From Psychrobacter sp. DM4 (GTDB lineage: Bacteria; Pseudomonadota; Gammaproteobacteria; Pseudomonadales; Moraxellaceae): DNA of 32,000 bases. Shown here piece by piece: positions 15,701 through 25,822 of this stretch. The notes beneath the pieces are model-generated. The model was given only the letters and a program-made list of their open reading frames with translations, ran no database searches and was not told the origin of the DNA. How positions within the stretch are numbered: the first letter of the stretch is position 1; the number at the start of each line of letters is the position of its first letter. The stretch spans positions 2,700,001-2,732,000 of the forward strand of contig NZ_CP195536.1 of the NCBI RefSeq assembly GCF_051307035.1, in the 5' to 3' direction. A program made the position numbers and the translations under genes.

Positions 15701-18700
15701 TTAACTCTCGTTGGATATCGTATGTCTATCTTCGCTTGGCATACTTGCGTTATTATTCTCTTTACCATGTGGTTTTAGCCATTTAGCAAACCAATTGGAT
15801 AAGTCGTCCATGAGCGTATACACCACAGGAATTACAACCAAACTCAGTAATGTAGACGTCACAAGGCCGCCCAATACCGCAGCCGCCATCGGACGCCGAA
15901 AGGTCGGATCAGCATCGCCCCAACCAAATACCAGCGGCAACATGCCAGCGCCCATCGCAATTGTCGTCATAATGATAGGACGTGCGCGCTTGCGACAGGC
16001 ATCCATGATGGCGTCAAACCTTGCTAGGCCACGATTTTGCGCGATGATAGCGTAGTCAACGAGCAGAATTGAGTTTTTGGTCGCGATACCCATGAGCATA
16101 ATAAAGCCAATCATCGACGGCATCGACAAGCTACTGCCTGTGATAACTAGACCCGCTAGTGCACCACCAATTGATAGTGGTAGCGCCATCAAGATAGTAA
16201 AGGGCTGTAGTAACTTACCAAAGAGTAAAATAAGCACCCCTAAAATACAAACAATACCGACCGACATGGCGATGATAAAACCACTGAATAGATCGGCCAT
16301 GTTCTCGGCTTGGCCTTGTTCAACGATACTAATCGTTGACGGTAGATTTTGTATCGTAGAGGTTTGTTTGACCGCTTCTACTAATTCCCCAAGCTCACCA
16401 TCAGCAGGTTGCACGGTAATACTAATTGCGCGCTCACGATCCAAGCGTTTGATCTGCGCAGGCCCTGTACCGAACTCTAGATCAGCGACTTCACCTAGGC
16501 GCACGCCTTCGCCTGTTGGACGGCTGTTAAGCACATATAGGCCTTCTAGCTGCGTAACGTTTTGTTTGGCGACATCAGGCAAACGCACTACGATAGGTAT
16601 CTGGCGCGTATCGAGATTGAGCTTAGAGAGACGCTGCTCGTAATCACCGACTGTCGCTATGCGTAGCGTTGATGCGATATCTTGCGTCGTTACCCCTTTG
16701 TCAGCCATCGCTAATCGATCAGGAATGACCGTCAGCTCTGGTCTAGGTAAGCTTCGATCGCTGGTGACTGCTCCTGCGGCTGGTAACGCACGAACCTCAG
16801 TCATAATTTTCTGAGCAGTTTGCTCCAAAATCTCTGGACTACTACTCGTTAAAGAAAAGTTATAGCCACTACCGCCGCCACTGCCTATACCAACGGTAAA
16901 GCGCGCACCAGGTACCTCTTCCATCAAAGCGCTGATTTCACGTTCTATCGATTTTTTGAAAGCGCGTTCATCTCTTGCCACAAGCACAATATCTAAATTG
17001 GCAATGTTTTTGGATTTACTACCACTGCTAGAGCCTGCCTCCATAGTGGCTTGCGCCTCTCCGACAGAGGTAAAGATGTTGCTAACCTCGGGCATCGCCA
17101 AAATACGGCTGCTAGCCATTTCAGCGACGCGCTCAGTGTCAGCCAGCTCAGCATCGGGCGTCAGCTCTATCGATACGCGCGTCTGATTGCCATTGTCATC
17201 TGGAATAAATGCTGTTGGTAATAGTCCTGCTAAGCTTAGTGAACCAACAAATAACAGCAGCGTTATGCCCATAGTCACCCAGCGATGACTCAGTGTCCAT
17301 GAAACCACTTTAATATACCCAGTCATGACTCTGCTTTGCTTTTCGACTCGATGCTTTTCAGGCCTCAATATATAAGCTGCCATCATCGGCGTTATCAGAC
17401 GTGCGACTAGCAAAGACATCACAATGGAGATAGCAGCCGTCCAACCAAATTGACGGAAGAATTGACCGACAACGCCGCCCATAAAGGCCGTTGGTAAAAA
17501 TACTGCCACTAACGTAAAAGTTGTGGCGACAACGGCTAAGCCAATCTCATCAGCCGCCTCCATCGCCGCCTCATAAGGTGTTTTGCCCATCCGTAGATGG
17601 CGAATGATGTTTTCAACCTCAACGATAGCGTCATCAACCAATACGCCAACGACTAGCGATAAGGCTAAAAGCGTAATGATATTGAGACTAAAGTCAAATA
17701 GATACATTCCCAAAAAGGTAGGAATAATGGACAGTGGTAACGCAACGGCAGTAACGATAGTCGCGCGAATATTACGCAGGAATAAAAAGACCACGATGAC
17801 GGCTAAAATACCGCCTTCGATTAGCATAGTAAGCGACGCCTTGTAATCTTCTGCTACTGGCACGGCGCGGTCATAGACCTTTTCTATATTAATACTACTC
17901 ATCTCACTACTGAGTTTAGCAAGCTCTGCATCGACTCGTGCGGCTACTTCAACCTCACCATTGCCACGCGAGCGTACAATGTTGAAGGCCACTACGGTCT
18001 GCTCATTCAACTTAGCCACTGAACTACGATCAGCCGGAGCATCGGTTATGGTTGCCATACGTCCTAGCGCTTGTGTTCCACCTATCGGTACAGCAATCTG
18101 TAAATTGTTCAACTCGTTAGCGCGCTCAACAGCACCCAATACTCTGATAGTTTGCGTCGCATTACCGACTTCAGCCTCCCCGCCTGCACCATCTTGCTGA
18201 ATACCTGCTATCTGCTGCGATAGCTGCACGATGGATAGCTGTAAACCACTGAGTACGATAGGGTCTGCTGCAATTCTAATCTCACGCTGCAATCCACCGA
18301 TACGATTGACCGAACCAACGCCAGATATATTCGATAGGCGCTTGGTGATCGTATCATCGACGAACCAAGATAAGTCTTCAACGCTCATATTGTCCGCAGC
18401 AACTGAGTAAGTCACTACGGGAAATCCTGAGGTTGAGACTTTGGTAATAATAGGATCGTTGGCAGCGGCTGGTAGATCACCACGAATCTCATCGACTGAG
18501 GAGCGAATATCATCGAGCGCTTCTTGAATATCTTTCTCTAACACAAATTCAGAGACAATCGTTACCGCGCCTGTTTGTACGGTAGTGCGAATATGATCGA
18601 TGCCATTAATGCTTGTGAGCTTGTTTTCAATTTTTTTGGCGATATCGTTTTCTAATTGAACGGGGTCAGCACCAGGCAATGTCACAGTGACAACTACAGC

Positions 18701-18835
18701 TGGAAAATCGATATCAGGGAATTCTTGCACTTTCATCTGCTGGAAGCCGTATATTCCACCCATGGTTAGGAGCACAAACAAAAGAATAGCGACTAGCGGA
18801 TTTCGAATCGAATAGGCCGATGCATTCATACTCAT
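15701..18835 (-). CDS. RND efflux transporter permease (AcrB/HAE-type)
   Basis: 1044 aa with SIRNPLVAILL at the N-terminus, a 12-TM/two-large-loop architecture and the conserved VGVLVDDAIVEVENI (TM4 D-D) motif. Confidence 0.95.
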   Translation of the reverse strand: MSMNASAYSIRNPLVAILLFVLLTMGGIYGFQQMKVQEFPDIDFPAVVVTVTLPGADPVQLENDIAKKIENKLTSINGIDHIRTTVQTGAVTIVSEFVLEKDIQEALDDIRSSVDEIRGDLPAAANDPIITKVSTSGFPVVTYSVAADNMSVEDLSWFVDDTITKRLSNISGVGSVNRIGGLQREIRIAADPIVLSGLQLSIVQLSQQIAGIQQDGAGGEAEVGNATQTIRVLGAVERANELNNLQIAVPIGGTQALGRMATITDAPADRSSVAKLNEQTVVAFNIVRSRGNGEVEVAARVDAELAKLSSEMSSINIEKVYDRAVPVAEDYKASLTMLIEGGILAVIVVFLFLRNIRATIVTAVALPLSIIPTFLGMYLFDFSLNIITLLALSLVVGVLVDDAIVEVENIIRHLRMGKTPYEAAMEAADEIGLAVVATTFTLVAVFLPTAFMGGVVGQFFRQFGWTAAISIVMSLLVARLITPMMAAYILRPEKHRVEKQSRVMTGYIKVVSWTLSHRWVTMGITLLLFVGSLSLAGLLPTAFIPDDNGNQTRVSIELTPDAELADTERVAEMASSRILAMPEVSNIFTSVGEAQATMEAGSSSGSKSKNIANLDIVLVARDERAFKKSIEREISALMEEVPGARFTVGIGSGGGSGYNFSLTSSSPEILEQTAQKIMTEVRALPAAGAVTSDRSLPRPELTVIPDRLAMADKGVTTQDIASTLRIATVGDYEQRLSKLNLDTRQIPIVVRLPDVAKQNVTQLEGLYVLNSRPTGEGVRLGEVADLEFGTGPAQIKRLDRERAISITVQPADGELGELVEAVKQTSTIQNLPSTISIVEQGQAENMADLFSGFIIAMSVGIVCILGVLILLFGKLLQPFTILMALPLSIGGALAGLVITGSSLSMPSMIGFIMLMGIATKNSILLVDYAIIAQNRGLARFDAIMDACRKRARPIIMTTIAMGAGMLPLVFGWGDADPTFRRPMAAAVLGGLVTSTLLSLVVIPVVYTLMDDLSNWFAKWLKPHGKENNNASMPSEDRHTISNES

Positions 18836-20211
18836 GATAATACCTGCAAATATGCCTGTGCTGATTTCTGCGCTGAGACTGGAGCATTGGTTGTTTGAGC
18901 TACGGCGCTAGCATTAGTGTTGGTTTCGCTACTAGTACTACTATCAACAACACGTACAAGATCGCCTTCATTCAAAAAGCTACCGCCTTGTTTTACCAAG
19001 CGACTATCTGCTGGCAACGGCTCCGCTACTGCTACATTTTCACCAAAACGCTCGCCTAGCATGACTCGAAGACGCTTTATCCGGCCCACACTGGTATTAT
19101 CAATAGTTTTTATATCGGTTACTAACATGACGTAGTCGTAACCATCATTGCTAACGATAGCCGTATTAGGAATCGTTTGCATGCTGGCATTACCTAATAA
19201 GAATTCGCCCGTTTGATACATGCCAGCACGGGCACCGCTATTGGTCGCTAAGCTTGCGTAGATAGTGATTTGACGATTGTTATCAGCAGTCGGCGCAATA
19301 CGGCTGACCTCACCCGTTACCGATTGATTATTAGGTAAGCTTACGCGGACGGGCGTCCCGACGCTGACTTCACCGATGAGGCTCGGATCGATATCGGCTT
19401 GCCATTCCAAGATACCGTCTTTGACGATAGTAAATAGTGGCTCGCCGCCTGTGACTTGACCCACTTCGATCATTTTTGCGCTAATGATGCCGCTGACGGG
19501 CGCGGTAACCGTTGCATTATCTAGCATCAAGCGTTGGCTACTTAAGCGTGCTTTTGAGGCTTGTAGCGCCGCTTGGGCGCGCAGCTCAGTAGTACGGTAT
19601 CGATCAGCTTCTTGCTTACTGATAGCATCAATATCGATGAGTGGAAGTACGCGCACAGCATCTGCTTTTGCACTAGCGAGTGTCGCCTCCGCTTCTGCGA
19701 CATCAGCTTCAGCCTGCAACACTTGTTGCTCCGCAGCATCGGTATCAAATATAGCAAGAACTTGTCCAACTTTCACACGGTCGCCTTCTTCGACAAAGAT
19801 ACGCTCTATAGCAACGCCGTTTACTTTTGCGCTGACGTTGGCAGTATCTTTGGCACTAATAGTACCTTCAGCACTGAGCGTATTACCAATGTTGTCTTGG
19901 CTTGGCATGACGGTTTCGACCGATAGTACCGCTTGCTCAGTACTAGTGTCATCGGCTGTAGTTACCGTTGAGGTTTCGTCTGTCGCTATATTTTCAGCAC
20001 GCTCACTGCTACTATTGTCCCAATACCGACCCAATAGTACACCCAGTACTAACATAGCGATCAACACTGGTATCAGCCATGATGGCTTCTTACTCGTTGA
20101 CTTCTGTGCCACTTCAGCTTGACGATACGGCGGCAGCTCCGTTTGCGCCTCTGAAAGGACTTTAGAGTTAGCAGGATCTTGCTTATTATTGGGGTCTTGA
20201 AAGTCACTCAT
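18832..20211 (-). CDS. RND periplasmic adaptor (membrane fusion protein, HlyD_D23-like) with long low-complexity N- and C-terminal extensions
   Basis: One N-terminal TM, a coiled-coil hairpin (AEADVAEAEATLASAKA...) and lipoyl/beta-barrel segments. Its stop overlaps the RND start as ATGA. Confidence 0.9.
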   Translation of the reverse strand: MSDFQDPNNKQDPANSKVLSEAQTELPPYRQAEVAQKSTSKKPSWLIPVLIAMLVLGVLLGRYWDNSSSERAENIATDETSTVTTADDTSTEQAVLSVETVMPSQDNIGNTLSAEGTISAKDTANVSAKVNGVAIERIFVEEGDRVKVGQVLAIFDTDAAEQQVLQAEADVAEAEATLASAKADAVRVLPLIDIDAISKQEADRYRTTELRAQAALQASKARLSSQRLMLDNATVTAPVSGIISAKMIEVGQVTGGEPLFTIVKDGILEWQADIDPSLIGEVSVGTPVRVSLPNNQSVTGEVSRIAPTADNNRQITIYASLATNSGARAGMYQTGEFLLGNASMQTIPNTAIVSNDGYDYVMLVTDIKTIDNTSVGRIKRLRVMLGERFGENVAVAEPLPADSRLVKQGGSFLNEGDLVRVVDSSTSSETNTNASAVAQTTNAPVSAQKSAQAYLQVLS

Positions 20212-20470
20212 AATAGATCTCTACGGACAAGCACAGTGATAAAAAAAGGGTTAAGCGATAGCGTTCATATAGAGGTAGTTTATCTTAATGATAGCCTTTA
20301 GCCTTGTAGTCTATATTACTAACGAGTCAACTATCGTCGCTATTTATGTCGTTATAACATAAGTGCCGTCTATCAACTTATCAACAAAAGACGAAGTAAG
20401 TATTTTACAGTAGTGGCTTTTATGTACAAAGAGACATGACTATTAAATAAAATAGCATTACTACAAAGAT

Positions 20471-20498
20471 AAAAACGCACACTCAAAAGAATGCGCGT
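20471..20498 (-). terminator. Intrinsic terminator candidate downstream of the OmpW-like gene
   Basis: On the minus strand: ACGCGCA / TGTGCGT stem (7 bp including one G-U), then T5. It lies about 30 nt after the stop at 20531. Confidence 0.5.
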
Positions 20499-20530
20499 CT
20501 CGTTGCCTACATTTTGCGTAAAGCAACTGA

Positions 20531-21643
20531 CTAAAAACGATAACCCAGACCCAGATAGGTGATGTAAGGGTCGATATCGAGGTTGGTTTTTGATTTGATT
20601 AATTCCTCTCCACTGTCGTTCTTTACAGTAATGGTGGTTTCGCTATCTAGCTTGGCGTAAGATAATGAGCCGACCGCAAACCATCGATCATTGAAGTCGT
20701 AAGTAGCACCTAGGGTAATAATAGGCGCAAGCACGCTTTGGGCATCGACTTCTACTGTCATATCGCTACTAGATTTTACGTCTTCTAGAGCAGCACCCGC
20801 TTTATCATCTTTGATGTTTTGGATTTGATCGCCCGCTCTTTGCAAGTCTTGCTCGATACCCTCATTGAGTTCAATATCGTCAAAATAAGCATAGATGGCA
20901 CCTGCAACGACATATGGCCGGAATTTATTGACTCCCGATTTACCGAACTGATATTGCACGCCCGCTGCTGGTAACCAAGCGCGAGCCGTTGAAGCTACGC
21001 CATTACCTTGCGTTAAATCAGTAATAGCAATGTCTTTTTTAATACCGAATTCTGGCAATATTGCCCCCACTCCACCAGCATTGACCCTGCCAGTCAAGGG
21101 TGCAAACACTTGCCCTTCACCTAATATATCTACTGTTGGTGGTACGCCAGCTTTGAACTCCACTGACCAATTATCGCTAAGATAATAGTTGAATAACAAG
21201 CCTACCGTATCCGCATCATCAGCTTTGAGTCCAGTACCTGGGCTGCTCCAATTTTTTAAGCCATTAATTTCGACGTCACCTGATACATCACCAAAAGTAG
21301 TTGAAGACAAATCAGTCTCTTCACCTCTAAAACTTGCCAACCCTATAAGAGTTAGACCTGTATTTACTTGAAACTTAGTGAGCTCACTTTGATCAGGATC
21401 AATAACCTATCTAACCGTTTTGATTTTGACACTACCGTTTTTGGCAACAGTGCCATCATTGATAGAGGTAGAGTTTTGTAAGGGATTGGGGTCACCTTGC
21501 GGTATAGCGTGCAACCAACCTGCAGAGACTGAAAAGCGCTTAAAGCTATCATCAGTCTTGAAATAATTAAATTCAGCAAAAGCGGATTGGCTAAGCAGTA
21601 AAGAAGAGGTTATGGCGCAGGCAAAAATCGATAGGTGTTTCAT
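20531..21643 (-). pseudogene. OmpW-family outer-membrane beta-barrel gene interrupted by a single in-frame TAG (21407-21409)
   Basis: ORFs 21407..21697 and 20531..21340 are in the same frame. The 22 codons between them carry no other stop. The N-terminal part has a signal peptide (start ATG 21643, AAGGA SD). The C-terminal part aligns by eye with E. coli OmpW (FRPYV.AG..Y, ...LGLGYRF end). Confidence 0.75.
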
Positions 21644-22188
21644 AGAACGTCCTTGTATGAGATTTGGTTTTAAAATGAATGACACCATAAAATACATAAG
21701 TAATTCAGCAAGCTATGCAGATTTAACACCTGCGTACCCTCAAGATTCCAACCTCCTGTCAGAACCGAGCAATATATTGAACTATGTTTATCTTCTATAT
21801 CTATCGGGCATACGAACCATTTGACGACAAGAGAACATAACAATTTGACCGATTGTCACTTGAGACAACCGTCCGGCGCGACAAATTGACACACTATTAT
21901 CGAGATATCAATATTAATCTGCAGACAAATAAGTCAGTTTTGATGAAATTGAGGGGAACAAAAATGTTGTATTAACCTCTAAGACAACAACGTATAAGGA
22001 GTTGAGAGTTAGGCTGACGACTATTGTTTGATAAAATGACTGAGGAGTATTTCAAGAACTAAAGATACAATATAAGGCTTGAATGAAAATAAATAAGATA
22101 TAAATTGAAATCAGCGAGGCCAGCAGCATTTGATAATCGATAACTAGAGATGATGTACTTTTTAACTGAAACTAGGGCAATTACAAGC

Positions 22189-24549
22189 TTAGGCATTGGT
22201 ATAGCGACTGGCTTCTGGCATCCAGCGATGAATGAGCTGACTGACATCTGCCTTGCGAGCAGGATCTGTAATGATGTGCTTAGCCAAACGCTGGGCGATA
22301 GCAAATAGCTCTTCGTCTCGAATGAGATCAGCAAGATAGTAGCCGATGTTTCCCGTCTGACGTTTGCCTAGTAGCTCACCAGGTCCGCGTAGCTCCAAGT
22401 CCTTTTGCGCGATCACAAAACCATCAGTACTATCGCGCAGCACGTTTAAGCGCTCCGTTCCTGTCTCAGATAGTGGCTTTTGATACAGGAGTACGCAGTA
22501 ACTTTTGGTTCTACCGCGACCGACGCGACCACGCAGCTGATGCAATTGCGATAGTCCTAGACGCTCCGCATTTTCGATAACCATTAAGGAGGCATTGGGC
22601 ACATCGACTCCGACCTCGATAACGGTAGTGGCAATGAGCAAATCAAGAGTGCCTGATTTAAATTCGTGCATGATGGTTTGTTTGTCAGCAGACTTCATTT
22701 TGCCATGAACGAGACCGATACGAATGTTTAAGCGCTCGTTTAAATCCTCATAAGTGGCCTCGGCTGCTTGCGCGTCTAATACACTAGACTCCTCCACCAA
22801 GGAGCATACCCAGTATGCTTGACGACCCTCGCTACAGTTGATAGCGATACGCTCGATAACGTCATCACGGCGATTGCGATCGATTGTCACCGTCGTAATA
22901 GGCGTGCGCCCTGGCGGCAACTCATCAATGATAGAGGTATCCATATCGCCGTAGACACTCATCGCTAGCGTACGCGGAATAGGCGTTGCGGTCATAATCA
23001 GCTGATGCGGCGTGCTCCCTGCTACGCCTTTATTGGTTAACGCCATACGCTGCTCCACGCCAAATCGGTGCTGCTCATCTATGATAACTAATCCTAATTT
23101 GGCAAATTGCACCGTATCTTGAAACAACGCATGAGTACCGACGACGATTTGTACAGTATTTTGCGCTACTGCCTCCAACGCCTCGCGGCGCTGCTTCGCC
23201 GTTTGCTTACCAGCTAGCCAGCCGACACCAATACCTAGCGGCTCAAACCATGCTTTAAAATTAGCCAAATGCTGCTCTGCTAATATCTCAGTTGGTGCCA
23301 TAACCGCCACCTGCCAGCCACTATCGAGTGCGTAGCCTGCTGCTCCTGCCGCGACCAAAGTCTTGCCAGCACCGACGTCACCTTGAACGAGCCTAAGCAT
23401 TGGGATCGATATCGCCATGTCACGAGCGATATCAGTCATGACACGCTGTTGCGCGCCCGTTAAATCAAACGGCAAAGCGCCAAATAGCTTGTCCGCTAAT
23501 GGACTGGTGGTCGTACATTTAGGGGCTTTATGCTTATGCAGCTGTTGCCGGCGATACAAGAGACTAAGCTGATGCGCGGTTAGCTCTTCGATGATTAGGC
23601 GCTGGCAGGCCGCATGGGTACGCGCTGTGAGCTGAGTGAGTAACCGATATTGCTGACTGGCATCGGTATAAGTAGGCGGGGTATGCAATAAGACCAGCGC
23701 TTCAAATATCGTCAAATGATAGACACTATTTATCGCAACCCCTGCCCTATCTTTATCTATCGGCTGATGATTGGTATACTCATAAGGCGCTGGACTGGCT
23801 CTATGAACGCAGCTTATGCTAGCGATGGTATTATCAGGCACGCTACGCGCCAGCTCTGAGAATATATCTTCAGGCTCATCATCGACAAGGACAGGTTCTG
23901 GCGCAGGGTCAAAAGGTACGAGCGGCATGTCCGCTACCGTCTCAAAGTCCGCTGGCGTAAACAACGTCATCGGTAGCGCTTGCGTGCGTACAGTTTGTAA
24001 AGCCAGCTTAATAAGGGTACGTAGCTTATTTTGATGGAGGCCTTTAACCGTTGGATAAATAGGTTGCAGACCTGTATTGACCAAAGCGCCTGTATCGCTC
24101 ATCACTTGGTACTCAGGGTGGTGCATCTGCTTGCCGTAGCGATTGACCTTGATCTCACCGAACAGTTGCAATTTTGTGCCTAAACTCATGGTCTGCAATA
24201 GTCCGGGATACACCTTAAAGAACCGCAAGGATACCGTACCGCTATCATCATCGACGATCACCGTCATGCCGCTGCGTTTGTTGTCGACATGTACCACACG
24301 ACCAGTGACTAGAGCTGATTGTCCATGGACAAGCTCACCGATAGAGACTAAGCGGCTGCGATCCTCATAATCACGCGGCAGATGTAATAATAGATCAAAG
24401 ATGCGCTTGATGCCTAATTGCTCAAGCTGCTCGGCAACTTTTGGACCGACGCCCGCCAGTGCTGTCACTGGCATATCGAGTGACGATATCGGACGCTCAG
24501 ACGCTGAGAAGTCTGATGTATTAAGGGGTAGCTTGTTGGCAGAAGGCAT
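22189..24549 (-). CDS. recG: ATP-dependent DNA helicase RecG
   Basis: Collinear with E. coli RecG along its whole length (GVGP...HLPRDYEDR, VQGDVGAGKT, DEQHRFGV, TATPIPRTL, QLRGRVGRG, ...WMPEASRYTNA). I prefer ATG 24549 over the TTG at 24561. Confidence 0.95.
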   Translation of the reverse strand: MPSANKLPLNTSDFSASERPISSLDMPVTALAGVGPKVAEQLEQLGIKRIFDLLLHLPRDYEDRSRLVSIGELVHGQSALVTGRVVHVDNKRSGMTVIVDDDSGTVSLRFFKVYPGLLQTMSLGTKLQLFGEIKVNRYGKQMHHPEYQVMSDTGALVNTGLQPIYPTVKGLHQNKLRTLIKLALQTVRTQALPMTLFTPADFETVADMPLVPFDPAPEPVLVDDEPEDIFSELARSVPDNTIASISCVHRASPAPYEYTNHQPIDKDRAGVAINSVYHLTIFEALVLLHTPPTYTDASQQYRLLTQLTARTHAACQRLIIEELTAHQLSLLYRRQQLHKHKAPKCTTTSPLADKLFGALPFDLTGAQQRVMTDIARDMAISIPMLRLVQGDVGAGKTLVAAGAAGYALDSGWQVAVMAPTEILAEQHLANFKAWFEPLGIGVGWLAGKQTAKQRREALEAVAQNTVQIVVGTHALFQDTVQFAKLGLVIIDEQHRFGVEQRMALTNKGVAGSTPHQLIMTATPIPRTLAMSVYGDMDTSIIDELPPGRTPITTVTIDRNRRDDVIERIAINCSEGRQAYWVCSLVEESSVLDAQAAEATYEDLNERLNIRIGLVHGKMKSADKQTIMHEFKSGTLDLLIATTVIEVGVDVPNASLMVIENAERLGLSQLHQLRGRVGRGRTKSYCVLLYQKPLSETGTERLNVLRDSTDGFVIAQKDLELRGPGELLGKRQTGNIGYYLADLIRDEELFAIAQRLAKHIITDPARKADVSQLIHRWMPEASRYTNA

Positions 24550-24728
24550 CAAAAATCCCAATCAAATCTCTTATTATTGGCGTATCTTATTTTTAGTTCT
24601 ATAGCAACTTATTCTATTTGAATACAGTAGCTATTGTAGGCTATATAAACGTAAGCTCTGCATCATTATAACTGACAATATACTTAAGTGTGCTAAGCTA
24701 ATTATAACGATTATTACAAGGCATTTTT

Positions 24729-25763
24729 ATGTTCGTAAAATTCAGCCAGTACGACATATCTAGGGGTTTTGGATCTCGATATGCCTCGAAAATAAAAGGC
24801 AGTCTAGTGATGGCACTCGCTGTACTTGTAAGCGCTTGTACCAGTATGACGCCAGAGCCGACTTTAGCCGCTTCTAATATAGAGCCGCCAAGCGTGGCAC
24901 TAGTACTGGGTGGCGGCGGCGCTAAAGGCTTCGCTCATGTTGGGGTTATAAAAGCACTAGAGGAGAGTGGTATCACCCCGACTCTCGTTGTAGGTACTAG
25001 TGTCGGCAGCCTTATTGGTAGTTTGTACGCCAGCGGTTATAACGCCGCGCAGCTAGAGCAATTAGCACTGACAACTCCTGATAGTGCGCTTACGGACTTT
25101 ACTTGGTCTAATCAAGGCTTCGTTGAAGGTCTAAAGCTCAAAAACTTTATTAATACACAAGTAAAAGAGCGCGATATAGAGGACTTTCCCATTCGTTTTG
25201 CGGCTATTGCTGCCGAAAAGCAAACCTTAAAAAAGACTGTGTTTACTACTGGAAATGCAGGTCTTGTCGTGCAAGCGTCTAGTAGCGTACCCAATATCTT
25301 TATTGCACCGCGCATTCCTGAGCGCGTTGGCAAAAAATATATCGATGGCGGCGTGGTCAGTTTGGTACCTGTTGATAGCGCTCGCGAGCTGGGGGCTGAT
25401 ATCATCATCGCTGTTGACGTCACTGTCCCTGATAGCGCAGTGGCTACGAGCCCTACCAACAAGCCGCCTACTATCTCCTCTTTAAGTAGCTTTTGGGGCT
25501 TACTTGAAAATAACTTTGCACTCAATGCACGTGCATCCTCTAGCCGAACGTCCATGATCAATGAACGCGATCGTGCAGATATTGTTATCACGCCCAAAGT
25601 CGGTCACATTAGCTCATTAGATACCAGTCAACGCCGCGCCTTGATAGATGCAGGTGAGCGAGCCACAGCGCAGCAGATGATCGCAATCAAACAATTGATT
25701 CAAGATAAAAAAAGGGCAAATACGCGACCCTTTAATCTAACTATAGACAACCAAGTATCATAA
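24729..25763 (+). CDS. Patatin-like phospholipase, probable lipoprotein
   Basis: GGGAKGFAHVGV (oxyanion), GTSVGS (GxSxG) and the IDGG catalytic Asp motif. There is a lipobox LVSAC near the N-terminus. The start codon is uncertain. Confidence 0.85.
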   Translation: MFVKFSQYDISRGFGSRYASKIKGSLVMALAVLVSACTSMTPEPTLAASNIEPPSVALVLGGGGAKGFAHVGVIKALEESGITPTLVVGTSVGSLIGSLYASGYNAAQLEQLALTTPDSALTDFTWSNQGFVEGLKLKNFINTQVKERDIEDFPIRFAAIAAEKQTLKKTVFTTGNAGLVVQASSSVPNIFIAPRIPERVGKKYIDGGVVSLVPVDSARELGADIIIAVDVTVPDSAVATSPTNKPPTISSLSSFWGLLENNFALNARASSSRTSMINERDRADIVITPKVGHISSLDTSQRRALIDAGERATAQQMIAIKQLIQDKKRANTRPFNLTIDNQVS

Positions 25764-25798
25764 AAAAGCACCACAGTGATTGGCTGTAGTGCTTTTTT
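25762..25798. terminator. Bidirectional intrinsic terminator between the patatin-like gene and 25823..26419
   Basis: A6-GCACCACAG-(7 nt)-CTGTAGTGC-T6, with one mismatch in a 9-bp stem. Confidence 0.65.
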
Positions 25799-25822
25799 AT
25801 AGTCATTCGATAATGCTGCTAT

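Noticed and set aside
15711-20122. Many long plus-strand ORFs (for example 15711..16055, 16077..16643, 17583..17846, 19484..20122) lie antisense to the RND and adaptor genes.
   Set aside because: They fall entirely inside strongly recognised minus-strand genes. Their composition is low-complexity and rich in Ser/Pro/Arg/Thr, which is typical of antisense frames of membrane-protein genes. They have no SD sequences.
21839-21891. ACAATTTGAC and ACAAATTGAC motifs (inverted core CAATTTG/CAAATTG, 34 bp apart) lie upstream of the OmpW-like gene.
   Set aside because: The symmetric core is only 7 bp and AT-rich, and it sits about 200 bp from the start codon. I cannot distinguish this from chance without comparative data.
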